DNA from: Algoriphagus sp.
GTDB taxonomy: Bacteria; Bacteroidota; Bacteroidia; Cytophagales; Cyclobacteriaceae
NCBI GenBank assembly: GCA_023653075.1
Contig: JAMNXQ010000005.1
Location: 13,925-77,924 of the forward strand
Direction of reading: 5' to 3'
Length of the DNA: 64,000 nucleotides
Position 1 is the first letter of the stretch, and each line of letters begins with the position of its first letter. Under the pieces are notes generated by a model. The model saw only the letters and a list, made by a program, of their open reading frames with translations. It ran no database searches and was not told the origin of the DNA. The translations under genes were made by a program, and so were the position numbers. Below are positions 47,887-58,974 of this stretch, one piece after another.

Positions 47887-48899
47887 TGGGTACAACCGAT
47901 ATTTCTATACTTGCTATTGAGTCCTCTTGTGACGAGACTTCTGCCTCCATTATAGTTAATGGCAAAGTACTCAATAATATTGTGGCTACACAATCCGTAC
48001 ACGAAAAATATGGGGGTGTAGTTCCAGAATTGGCTTCCCGAGCACATCAGGAAAATCTAATTCCTGTGGTTCATGAGGCACTTTCTGGTGCTGGAATTTC
48101 CAAGAAGGAGCTGAGCGCCATCGCCGTGACTCGAGGTCCCGGACTGATGGGATCGCTGCTGGTTGGGGTAAGTTTTGCCAAGTCCTTTGCCAAAACGCTA
48201 AACCTCCCCCTGATTGATGTCAACCACATGCAGGCGCACGTGCTGGCCCATTTTATCGAAGAACCCCGGCCCAACTTTCCTTTCATTTGTTTGACAGTCA
48301 GTGGAGGCCATACCCAACTCGTATTGGTGCGGGACCACTTGGACATGGAAGTAATCGGAGAAACTCAAGACGATGCAGTGGGAGAGGCCTTTGACAAGAC
48401 GGCCAAGCTCCTTGGCCTTCCCTACCCCGGTGGACCTTTGCTCGATCGCTATGCGAAGCAGGGCAATCCCAAGGCTTTTTCCTTTCCCATCACGCGCATG
48501 CCTGGTCTGAACTATTCTTTTTCAGGGATCAAAACGGCCGTACTTTACTTTTTGAGAGATCGATTGGAAGAGAATCCCAATTTCATCACTGAAAATTTAC
48601 CCGACTTGTGCGCCAGCATTCAGCATACATTGGTGGAAATGTTGCTCATCAAGTTGAAGGAAGCCATGAAGCAAGTAGGCGTGACTGAAGTCGCCATTGC
48701 AGGTGGGGTGTCCGTAAATTCAGGATTGCGGAATGCATTGGCTGCTCTTGCTCAGCGGAAGGGCTGGAAATTGTATGTGCCCGAGTTTGAATATTGCACG
48801 GATAATGCAGCCATGATTGCGATGGCCGCACATTACAAGTATCTTCGAAAAGATTTTGTCGGATACGACCTGGTTCCCTTAGCCAAACTAAAATTGTAA
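47886..48899 (+). CDS. tsaD: tRNA N6-adenosine threonylcarbamoyltransferase
   Basis: IESSCDET, GGVVPELASRAH, GPGL, HMQAH, SGGHT, DDAVGEAFDK, CTDNAAMI. Confidence 0.98.
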   Translation: MGTTDISILAIESSCDETSASIIVNGKVLNNIVATQSVHEKYGGVVPELASRAHQENLIPVVHEALSGAGISKKELSAIAVTRGPGLMGSLLVGVSFAKSFAKTLNLPLIDVNHMQAHVLAHFIEEPRPNFPFICLTVSGGHTQLVLVRDHLDMEVIGETQDDAVGEAFDKTAKLLGLPYPGGPLLDRYAKQGNPKAFSFPITRMPGLNYSFSGIKTAVLYFLRDRLEENPNFITENLPDLCASIQHTLVEMLLIKLKEAMKQVGVTEVAIAGGVSVNSGLRNALAALAQRKGWKLYVPEFEYCTDNAAMIAMAAHYKYLRKDFVGYDLVPLAKLKL

Positions 48900-48900
48900 C

Positions 48901-49371
48901 ATGTCTACCCAATCCAATCGATTTGAAAAGGTCGTCAACATTCGAAATAAGAAGGCAAGCTTTGAGTTTGAATTCATTGATACCTATGTGGCTGGCTTGG
49001 TGCTGAAGGGAACTGAGATCAAGTCCATCCGCGAAGGAAAGGTGTCCTTGACTGAGGCGTTTTGTGTTTTTTTTGACGATGAACTTTTTGTACGCCAGCT
49101 GCACATTTCTCCCTACAGCATGGCGAGCAGTTACAACCACGAGGCCGTTCGAGATCGCAAGCTGCTTCTTCAGAAAAAAGAGTTGGTCAAACTCCAAACT
49201 AAGTCTGCTGAAAAGGGACTTGCAATTATTCCTGTTCGTATATTTATCAATGATCGAGGCAAAGCAAAATTGGAAATTGCTCTCGCTCGAGGAAAGAAAA
49301 ATCACGACAAAAGGCAAGACCTGAAGGAAAAAGATGCGAAAAGGGAGCTCCAAAGAATGGCCTTTGATTGA
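48901..49371 (+). CDS. smpB: SsrA-binding protein
   Basis: NKKASF, AGLVLKGTEIKSIR, RKLLL, GKKNHDKR. Confidence 0.98.
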   Translation: MSTQSNRFEKVVNIRNKKASFEFEFIDTYVAGLVLKGTEIKSIREGKVSLTEAFCVFFDDELFVRQLHISPYSMASSYNHEAVRDRKLLLQKKELVKLQTKSAEKGLAIIPVRIFINDRGKAKLEIALARGKKNHDKRQDLKEKDAKRELQRMAFD

Positions 49372-50131
49372 TGCCTATGGCATCGTGAGGCAGACTGTGC
49401 TGCCTGTTTACCTTCGTCCCAAAACTGATACTGCTTTAGTCACCCAACTCCTTTTTGGAGAGTGTTATTTGATTACGGGCCTTACCTCCGACCGAGACTG
49501 GTTTAAGGTGTACCATGAGGATACCCAGACGGGTGGTTGGGTATGGGCTAAGTCCATCAAGGAGATTACGGCGGAGGCCTACGATACTTTTCTCAACCAG
49601 GATTTTCAGGTAGTGACTAGTCCCATCGCGGCGATCGACTACCAGGGTACTCACTTGTACTTGTTGCCTGGAAGCAGACTCCATTTTTCAGAAAAAGAAT
49701 TATTCAACTGGCAGGACCACTTGGGCTTCACCGGAACCTACCGACCCCATGCACTCAAGGCCAGTCGAGAGGAGTTGCTGGAGCTAGCCTTACGCTTTTT
49801 GCATGCCCCTTTTCAGGCTGGAGGTCGCAGTATTTTTGGAATGGATGCTCTCCATGTATTTCCCTTGATTTTTGCCATGGCTGGCTATGCTTGGCCGACT
49901 GAAAAGTTGCCAGGTCGCCCCATCGAGCCCGAAGAAGTAGCACCTGGAGATATTTTGATCGGGAGGGATGAAGTACAGGATCATACCTATTATGCCTTGT
50001 ATCTCGGAGCTGAACAAGTTTTTTGGATGGATCACCGCATGCAATCTGGGGATTTGGATGACTGGGAAGAATTTTTGAGTGAGGACACCCCCACGGATGT
50101 GGTGGTTAGCATGCATCGTTTACTGAATTGA
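49364..50131 (+). CDS. SH3 + NlpC/P60 (C40)-like protein with degenerate active site
   Basis: VTQLLFGE...GWV (SH3-like); ALRFLHAPFQAGGRSIFGMDA; PGDIL; TTG start overlapping the smpB stop. Confidence 0.8.
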   Translation: MIDAYGIVRQTVLPVYLRPKTDTALVTQLLFGECYLITGLTSDRDWFKVYHEDTQTGGWVWAKSIKEITAEAYDTFLNQDFQVVTSPIAAIDYQGTHLYLLPGSRLHFSEKELFNWQDHLGFTGTYRPHALKASREELLELALRFLHAPFQAGGRSIFGMDALHVFPLIFAMAGYAWPTEKLPGRPIEPEEVAPGDILIGRDEVQDHTYYALYLGAEQVFWMDHRMQSGDLDDWEEFLSEDTPTDVVVSMHRLLN

Positions 50132-50134
50132 GGG

Positions 50135-50656
50135 ATGGAAAAGCGGGTGTTGGTATTGAATTTGGATCATTATCCTATCGCTGTGGTATCGGTGCAGAAG
50201 GCAATGGTCTTGTTGCTTCTCGAAAAAGCCAACCTCCTTTCTACCTATGAGCTGCTAGAAATCCGTACGGTGACTCGAACCTTTGCCTACCCTGCAGTAA
50301 TCCGCTTGATCCAGTACAAACATATCCCGTACAAGGGGGTGTTGCTGAATAGGGCCAACTTGTTTCGGCGGGACCGAGGAGAATGCCAGTATTGTGGGAG
50401 TACGCGACAGTTGACCATTGACCACGTGATCCCGAGATCCAAGGGAGGCAAAACCTCTTGGACCAATTTGGTGACCGCCTGCAATCGCTGCAATGTACTC
50501 AAGGGGGACAAGACCCCGGAGCAAGTGGGGATGCAACTGCGAACTCCACCTTTTATGCCTACGCTATCCTATTTTTTGGCTTCTTATGCCGAGCGCCAAG
50601 CCCAGGAATGGCTACCCTACTTGGAGACTGCTGTAGCTCAGCTTCAAAAAAAGTAG
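50135..50656 (+). CDS. HNH endonuclease (McrA-like family)
   Basis: VLVLN, PAVIRL, RDRGECQYCG, TIDHVIPRSKGG, WTNLVTACNRCN. Confidence 0.93.
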   Translation: MEKRVLVLNLDHYPIAVVSVQKAMVLLLLEKANLLSTYELLEIRTVTRTFAYPAVIRLIQYKHIPYKGVLLNRANLFRRDRGECQYCGSTRQLTIDHVIPRSKGGKTSWTNLVTACNRCNVLKGDKTPEQVGMQLRTPPFMPTLSYFLASYAERQAQEWLPYLETAVAQLQKK

Positions 50657-50718
50657 CGATCTTCTCTCGAAAATTTTTTGGCAGACTGACAACTCCCTAG
50701 ATTTGAAATTAAATATAT

Positions 50719-50844
50719 GATTATCCGCAATCACACCAGTAGCTTAAAGTCTAGTTGAATTACTGCGGATAATCGTCGACAGACGACTGTCCACAGACCA
50801 CAGCTCAGCTAATTGAACTTCAACCTTAGCTTTCTTTGGTTACT
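50719..50844 (+). repeat. Dispersed repeat family B, complete copy
   Basis: Inverted repeat gattatccgca (50719-50729) / tgcggataatc (50764-50774), heptamer core, then ttgaacttcaa...ttggttact tail. Confidence 0.95.
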
Positions 50845-50895
50845 GGTAACAAAGCGTATAATCATATTAAATATCCTAGAAACTCGTACTACTGA

Positions 50896-53064
<2,169 letters not shown>

Positions 53065-53068
53065 TAGG

Positions 53069-53106
53069 ATCGGCCTTCCTAGATAAAGGGAAGGCCGATG
53101 TTTTTT
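53069..53106 (+). terminator. Intrinsic terminator
   Basis: atcggccttcc-tagataaag-ggaaggccgat-gtttttt. Confidence 0.85.
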
Positions 53107-53124
53107 CTAGGAAGAAATAGGAAA

Positions 53125-53562
53125 TCAACTCGGGGAGGAAAATTTTTGTTTCACCTTAGCCAGCAGTTGCTTTTCGCTCATTTTGTCGGCGTCGACTACC
53201 TCAATTTTTAGTTTGCTGAAGTGTTTATTTCCCTGTAAATGGTGGAAGAAATGGGTTTTGGTCACTCCAGGGCCCATGAGTAGCAGTTCCTCCTTGTCCA
53301 TTAGTTTTTTCTCCAGTTGGTGGAAGTAGGCATTGAGTTGGTTGCTGTGGATGTTGTTCTTTTTTTTCTCGTTGTTGCTCGCAGGACCAGGGGATGTTCC
53401 CAAGAGTGTGGTGTCACTTCCCTCTCCGGCAATTCTAGAACGAGACACAATGAGCGATGGAAAGTCTTCCAGGAGGGTAGCTTTTTCCTTGTCGTAGCCG
53501 AGGAAGAGGGCATGGCTTTGGTCCATCCAAAGTCCGATTTTTTTAAAGGCAGTTGATTCCAT
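53125..53562 (-). CDS. Small eRF1/pelota-fold-like (host-attachment/baeRF-like) protein
   Basis: KIGLWMDQSHA...YFHQL...LLLMGPGVTKTHF...ADKMSEKQLLAKV. Confidence 0.55.
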   Translation of the reverse strand: MESTAFKKIGLWMDQSHALFLGYDKEKATLLEDFPSLIVSRSRIAGEGSDTTLLGTSPGPASNNEKKKNNIHSNQLNAYFHQLEKKLMDKEELLLMGPGVTKTHFFHHLQGNKHFSKLKIEVVDADKMSEKQLLAKVKQKFSSPS

Positions 53563-53875
53563 GTGTACCTAGGTTTAGTGATAGACTCGGCTCCAAAATT
53601 GAATTGTTTGTTTCCAAGTCTTTCAGTCAAGGTAGCTGGTTTACAAGGAGATAAACTATGATTAAAATCACCTTAAGGACCCTAAATTTTCAAGTTTTTA
53701 ACTAATTGTAAATTTAAGGTTACATGCTGATGCGTACTTTGAATTTAGTCTTACACTTAACTTAATGTTTGCCAGTTGAAGGGTATCATAAATTAATAGA
53801 ACCATAATTTTTTAGTGAATGATTCTAGTTTTTAAGATTCCAATTTTGTTGAGAATCCATAAAACTATTTTATTC

Positions 53876-56800
53876 ATGAAGAAAAATTTTACAAATGGTC
53901 TACAAGCTAAACTGAGCCTGTTGTTATGCACTGCGCTCGTGTTTGCCTTGCCTGAGATGAGCCAGGGAGCCACCGTATTAAAGACTGTTACTTCCGAAAT
54001 TGAAAAATTCGAGAAGGTAACAGGGACCGTAATTGATGAAACAGGAGCAGCCTTGCCAGGAGCTTCGATTTTAGTTAAAGGAACCACCACAGGGACTGTC
54101 ACTGACTTGGATGGTAAGTTTACCCTTGATGTAGCAACAGATGCCATTTTGGTGATTTCCTACTTGGGCTATGACTCCAAAGAAGTTTCAGTGAATGGAT
54201 TAACTACCTTATCTATCCAATTAACGCCAGACAGTTCTGAACTGAACGAAATTGTGGTTGTAGGATACGGTATTCAGAAACGTGCCGACATTACAGGAGC
54301 AATTTCCTCCGTAAAAAGCGAAAATTTTAACAAGGGTGTGGTAAATAACCCAGGTGAACTATTGCAAGGTAAATTGGCTGGTGTGGCCATCACCTCTGTC
54401 AGTGGTGAGCCAGGTGCGAACCAAAATGTGATCATCCGAGGAGTAGGTAGTTTGCGCTCAGGAACACAGCCACTTTATGTAGTGGATGGTTTCTTGTTGG
54501 ACAACTCCTCTACAGGTGTGGCTACAAACCCTTTGAACTTCATTAACCCAGCCGATATTGCCAGCATTGACGTCTTGAAAGATGCGAGTGCTACAGCAGT
54601 ATACGGCTCAAGAGCATCCAACGGAGTAGTGGTAATCACTACCAAAAAAGGATCAGGTAAAGGACAAGTAAACCTTAACTTGTCTACTGGCTTCTCTTCT
54701 CTTCCAAACCAACTTCCTGTATTTGATGCGAACACTTTCCGTACGCAGGTTAAAGCTGTAGGCGGAACCTTGGTGGATTTGAAAGGTGATACCAACTGGC
54801 AAGATGAATTGACTCAGGTGGGTGTTGCTAAAAATGCAAACCTTTCCCTAAGTGGTGCAGCCAATGATAAGTTCTCCTATTTTGCTTCAGTAGGCTACCA
54901 GGATCAGGACGGTATCTTGAGGAATAGCAACCTAAAGCGGTACTCTGGTAAATTAAACATCAACCAGAAAGCCTTAAATGGGAAGTTGAATGTGGACTAC
55001 AACTTGACTGCTTCTCGTACCGAGAACTTGCGTCCAGCGATTACTTCTATCATCAGCGACATGCTTACCTTGAACCCAACGATTCCTGCGTACACCAATG
55101 GCCAGCCTACTGCGTTACCAACCAATGCGCTTAATCCATTGCGAAGAAATATGATCTATAAGGACATCGCTACCAATAATAGAATTTTGGCTTCTGTTTC
55201 TCCTTCTCTTCAGCTTGCGAAGGGTTTGGTATACAAGTTGAACTTTGGTGTGGATTATTCAGCCACCAACCGTGATGTGCAGTACAAGCCTTTCCCTTCT
55301 GTAGTAAACGAGGGTAATATTTCGAATGGTGCCTTGGATGCGATTTACGATCCCAACACCAATCAGCTCGTAGAAAATACCTTAAGCTACAACTGGTCTT
55401 TGAAGTCTCACAATTTGACCTTCTTGGCTGGACATTCTTACCAAGATTTGCGCGATGAAAGCAGGACTTATTCTTTCCAGGGTTTTGTAAATAATGCCGT
55501 AGAGCCAAGATACCAAGATCAGACTAGTACAGTAACTTTCCCAACTTCAGTAAGTGTTGGGGCTGTACGAAATGAATTACAATCCTACTTTGGCCGTATG
55601 AATTACGCATATGCCAATAAGTACCTTGTCACCGCAACGTTTAGAGCTGACGGTTCTTCCAAGTTTGGAGCCAACAATAAGTATGGCTACTTCCCTTCCC
55701 TTGCTTTAGGATGGAACGTGACCAACGAAGGTTTCATGGCCAACTCTTTCTTCAATAACTTGAAGGTTCGTGCCAGCTACGGGGTAACAGGTAACCAGGA
55801 AATTCCTTCCAAAATCACACTTGCAAGTTTCTCTGAAAACAGATTAGCGACAGGTGCAGGAAGCTTAAATACTTACCCTATCGATCCAGCAGCAACAACG
55901 ATTGACAAGTATCCTTACGGAATCACGTATACGCGATTGGCCAACCCAGATTTGCAGTGGGAAGTTTCTTCTCAACTAGATTTTGGTGTTGACTTCGCCT
56001 TGTTCAACTTTAGATTGACAGGTACTTTGGATTATTTCAGCAAGGAGTCTTCCAACATTCTTTTGGAAGTGGTTCCAGCTGATCCTATTCAGCCTACCTC
56101 TACGTTCTGGAACAATATCCCAGACATGAAGATTGTAAACAACGGATGGGAATTGGCCTTGGATTACAACTCTGATCCAAAAGGTTCATTTACCTACAAT
56201 GTGGGAGGTAACGTAACTTATATCCAAAACAAAGTGGTGGATTCTCCTTATGCTGTTTTGGTGACAGGTGCAGCTCAGGGTTCTGGACAGACCGGTGCTA
56301 CCATCAACGGATACATCAACAATGAGCCGATTGGCGCTTTCTACATGTACCAGTTTGAAGGAGTAAAGGATGGTATCAGTGTGTACAAGGATACAAATAA
56401 GGATGGTAAGGTATTGGATACCGATAGAGCTGTTGTCGGTAGTGCGATACCAAAATTCATCTACGGTTTTTATTCCAACTTCAACTACAAGGATTTTCAG
56501 TTGGGCTTAAACTTTAACGGGACGTCTGGAAGCAAGGTGTATAACCACACAAACATGACCTTATTCCCTAAAGCCTTGTTGGCACAGTCAAACAACACGA
56601 CAGATTTTGCAGTGCAGTACCCGAATGAGACCTTGGCCAATGCCAACATTGTATCTACCCGTTACCTAGAAGATGGATCTTTCCTACGATTGAATAACGC
56701 CACGCTTGCGTACAATGTACAGCCAAGTAAGGTAGGTTTAGGTAATTCATTTCAGAACATTCAATTCTCTGTGACCGGTCAAAATCTATTCGTTTTGACA

Positions 56801-56929
56801 GACTATTCTGGATTTGATCCAGAAGTAAATACAGGTTCTACTTCAGGTGGAATTCAAACCTTCGGTATCGACCGATTTACGTATCCTAAGGCTAGAACCT
56901 TCTTGATTGGTCTCAACCTTACGTTCTAA
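53876..56929 (+). CDS. susC: SusC/RagA TonB-dependent outer membrane transporter
   Basis: VVVGYG, PLYVVDG, IDVLKDASATAVYGSRASNGVVVITTK, NPDLQWE, C-terminal F. Confidence 0.97.
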   Translation: MKKNFTNGLQAKLSLLLCTALVFALPEMSQGATVLKTVTSEIEKFEKVTGTVIDETGAALPGASILVKGTTTGTVTDLDGKFTLDVATDAILVISYLGYDSKEVSVNGLTTLSIQLTPDSSELNEIVVVGYGIQKRADITGAISSVKSENFNKGVVNNPGELLQGKLAGVAITSVSGEPGANQNVIIRGVGSLRSGTQPLYVVDGFLLDNSSTGVATNPLNFINPADIASIDVLKDASATAVYGSRASNGVVVITTKKGSGKGQVNLNLSTGFSSLPNQLPVFDANTFRTQVKAVGGTLVDLKGDTNWQDELTQVGVAKNANLSLSGAANDKFSYFASVGYQDQDGILRNSNLKRYSGKLNINQKALNGKLNVDYNLTASRTENLRPAITSIISDMLTLNPTIPAYTNGQPTALPTNALNPLRRNMIYKDIATNNRILASVSPSLQLAKGLVYKLNFGVDYSATNRDVQYKPFPSVVNEGNISNGALDAIYDPNTNQLVENTLSYNWSLKSHNLTFLAGHSYQDLRDESRTYSFQGFVNNAVEPRYQDQTSTVTFPTSVSVGAVRNELQSYFGRMNYAYANKYLVTATFRADGSSKFGANNKYGYFPSLALGWNVTNEGFMANSFFNNLKVRASYGVTGNQEIPSKITLASFSENRLATGAGSLNTYPIDPAATTIDKYPYGITYTRLANPDLQWEVSSQLDFGVDFALFNFRLTGTLDYFSKESSNILLEVVPADPIQPTSTFWNNIPDMKIVNNGWELALDYNSDPKGSFTYNVGGNVTYIQNKVVDSPYAVLVTGAAQGSGQTGATINGYINNEPIGAFYMYQFEGVKDGISVYKDTNKDGKVLDTDRAVVGSAIPKFIYGFYSNFNYKDFQLGLNFNGTSGSKVYNHTNMTLFPKALLAQSNNTTDFAVQYPNETLANANIVSTRYLEDGSFLRLNNATLAYNVQPSKVGLGNSFQNIQFSVTGQNLFVLTDYSGFDPEVNTGSTSGGIQTFGIDRFTYPKARTFLIGLNLTF

Positions 56930-56961
56930 TAACAATTCAAGATTTATAAAATCGATATAAA

Positions 56962-58710
56962 ATGAAAAAATCACTAGTATTCAAATTGTTGCCGTTAACT
57001 GTGTTCTTCTTCGCATTTTTCGGTTGTACAACGCTAGAAGAAGAAGTTATCGACGAATCCCTAGCGGGATCTGGACAGGCTGAAGTAGTCAGCGGTTCAA
57101 TTGGGCCAGTATATGGCTTTTTGAGAGGAGCTATTTGGTTGCATACTGCTAATTTTGGTCTTCAGGAGATTGCTTCTGACGAAGCGATTCTTCCTTATCG
57201 AGGCGGAAGAGACTGGTACGATGGAGGTAAGTTTATCTCTGTTCACCAGCACCTCACTACACCAGGTAACAGCTTAGTAGGAGATACTTGGACCAACATG
57301 ACCATTGGATTGTCCCGAGCATTGACTGCAGAAGAGCGAATGAGATTGGAAGTGAAAGAGGGTAATGCTGCTGCTCAGGATGCGCTCTATGAGATGATTG
57401 CCATGAAGGCTTACATCAACATGATGATTCTTGACAACTGGGGTTTGGTATTCAAGAAAGATGCTTCTAACGCAAAATCTGAGATCTTGAGAGGACAGGA
57501 AGCCGTTACTTACCTTGAAAAGGAATTGCTTTCCGTAAGAGACGTAATCAAAAGTGATAAAGGTCCTGGTCGATTTAACCAGTTTTCTGTAAAAGCACTT
57601 TTGGCAAGATTGTACTTGAATGCTGCAGTGTATCGTGCTCCTTACGGAACTCCTGTCTTCAAAAAAGAAGATATGGATAATGTGATCAAGTATACCAACG
57701 AAATCATTGCTGGACCTTATGCGCTTTCTGCGGAGTATTTCGACATTTTTGGAGATAACAATAGCACCAATCGTGAGTTGATCTTCGCGATGGATCAGCG
57801 CGGTGTATTGCAGACGGAGCACCAAAGATGGCAGTACTGGTCCATCTCTGGTGACCAAGTTCCTCGACCTGAATTCCCAAATACCCGTGGTACTGATGCT
57901 GCGGCGATGACGACAGATTTTTACCAAACTTGGGTGGATGCGTATGGATCGGTGGACCCAGCGGTGGCAGATGCTCGTTTCAGCATGAAGCAAACGATGG
58001 TTCCGTCAAACCTTCAGGATTTGACAGGCATTACTCCTGCCAATGACCAAAATCACTACTACTGTGTAGATGCCAAATCTTTCCAAATTGACCGTGGTAT
58101 CATCCGTGGTGTGATTTGGGGTCCAAGAAAGGACGCAAGTGGAAAAATCATCCTATGTCCTGATGGCAAAGTGAGAATTTATCCAGTAATCAATGCAAGA
58201 ACCAGCGGTGCCAACAGAACCTATGTGAACCACAATTTGCAGGTGGACTTCACCGAACAAGGAAGTTTGCACAACACAGGTTACAGATTCTCAAAGTACC
58301 AGTTTAGCAGTACAGGTCCAGATTGCTGTTCTTACAGCAGTGTAGACTTGGTGTTGATTCGTTTGGGTGAAATTTACCTGATGCGTGCTGAAGCTAAATT
58401 GAGAAATGGAGACAATGCAGGTGCCTTGGCCGACATCAATACCTTGAGAACTTCAAGAAATGCACGTCCAAGCCAAACTCCTAAAGCGTTGACTTCTATT
58501 GATCTCAACTCTTTATTTAGAGAAGCTGGATTTGAGTTGTATTGGGAAGCGTTCAGAAGAAACTACCAAATCCGTTTTGGCAAGTACGAGGGCTCCTGGA
58601 CTGGTAAGACAAGCTCTGATCCAAACAAAAGATTGTTCCCGATTCCTCAGAGAGCCATTGACGGTTCTTCTAACGAAAAAGGATATCTAGTCCAAAACCC
58701 AGGCTATTAA
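56962..58710 (+). CDS. susD: SusD/RagB surface lipoprotein
   Basis: Lipobox FFGC; ALLARLYLNA, IRLGEIYLMRAEA, ELYWEAFRR, LFPIP, QNPGY. Confidence 0.96.
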   Translation: MKKSLVFKLLPLTVFFFAFFGCTTLEEEVIDESLAGSGQAEVVSGSIGPVYGFLRGAIWLHTANFGLQEIASDEAILPYRGGRDWYDGGKFISVHQHLTTPGNSLVGDTWTNMTIGLSRALTAEERMRLEVKEGNAAAQDALYEMIAMKAYINMMILDNWGLVFKKDASNAKSEILRGQEAVTYLEKELLSVRDVIKSDKGPGRFNQFSVKALLARLYLNAAVYRAPYGTPVFKKEDMDNVIKYTNEIIAGPYALSAEYFDIFGDNNSTNRELIFAMDQRGVLQTEHQRWQYWSISGDQVPRPEFPNTRGTDAAAMTTDFYQTWVDAYGSVDPAVADARFSMKQTMVPSNLQDLTGITPANDQNHYYCVDAKSFQIDRGIIRGVIWGPRKDASGKIILCPDGKVRIYPVINARTSGANRTYVNHNLQVDFTEQGSLHNTGYRFSKYQFSSTGPDCCSYSSVDLVLIRLGEIYLMRAEAKLRNGDNAGALADINTLRTSRNARPSQTPKALTSIDLNSLFREAGFELYWEAFRRNYQIRFGKYEGSWTGKTSSDPNKRLFPIPQRAIDGSSNEKGYLVQNPGY

Positions 58711-58714
58711 GTTT

Positions 58715-58841
58715 GATTATCCGCGATTCTTTATCTGGTATTAAAAGGAGATTGAATCAAGCGGAAAATCGTCGACAGACCACAGTTGACGGTCCACTGC
58801 TCAGTTAACTGAACTTCAAAGCTTATTTTCCTATGGTAACT
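58715..58841 (+). repeat. Dispersed repeat family B, complete diverged copy
   Basis: gattatccgc...gcggaaaatc gtcgaca gaccaca gttgacg gtccact gctcag...tgaacttcaaagcttattttcctatggtaact. Confidence 0.9.
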
Positions 58842-58915
58842 TTAAAGAAAGCGGACCCTAACATTATTAACTAAATACCAAATATAACTGCGAGGATAAA
58901 TTCATTTTTTAAACT

Positions 58916-58951
58916 AAAAAACCGATCGGCATCAGTCGATCGGTTTTTTTT
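58916..58951. terminator. Bidirectional intrinsic terminator
   Basis: A6-ccgatcggc-atca-gtcgatcgg-T8. Confidence 0.9.
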
Positions 58952-58974
58952 ATGTTCTTCAGACTAACTTTTGA

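Noticed and set aside
48901-49371. tmRNA near smpB or SRP RNA near ffh
   Set aside because: No tmRNA ends or SRP RNA helix motif recognisable in the adjacent intergenic DNA
50135-50656. HNH nuclease as a defence or mobile element (IscB/Cas9-like)
   Set aside because: Short stand-alone McrA-like HNH in a housekeeping operon, with no RuvC motifs, methylase or array
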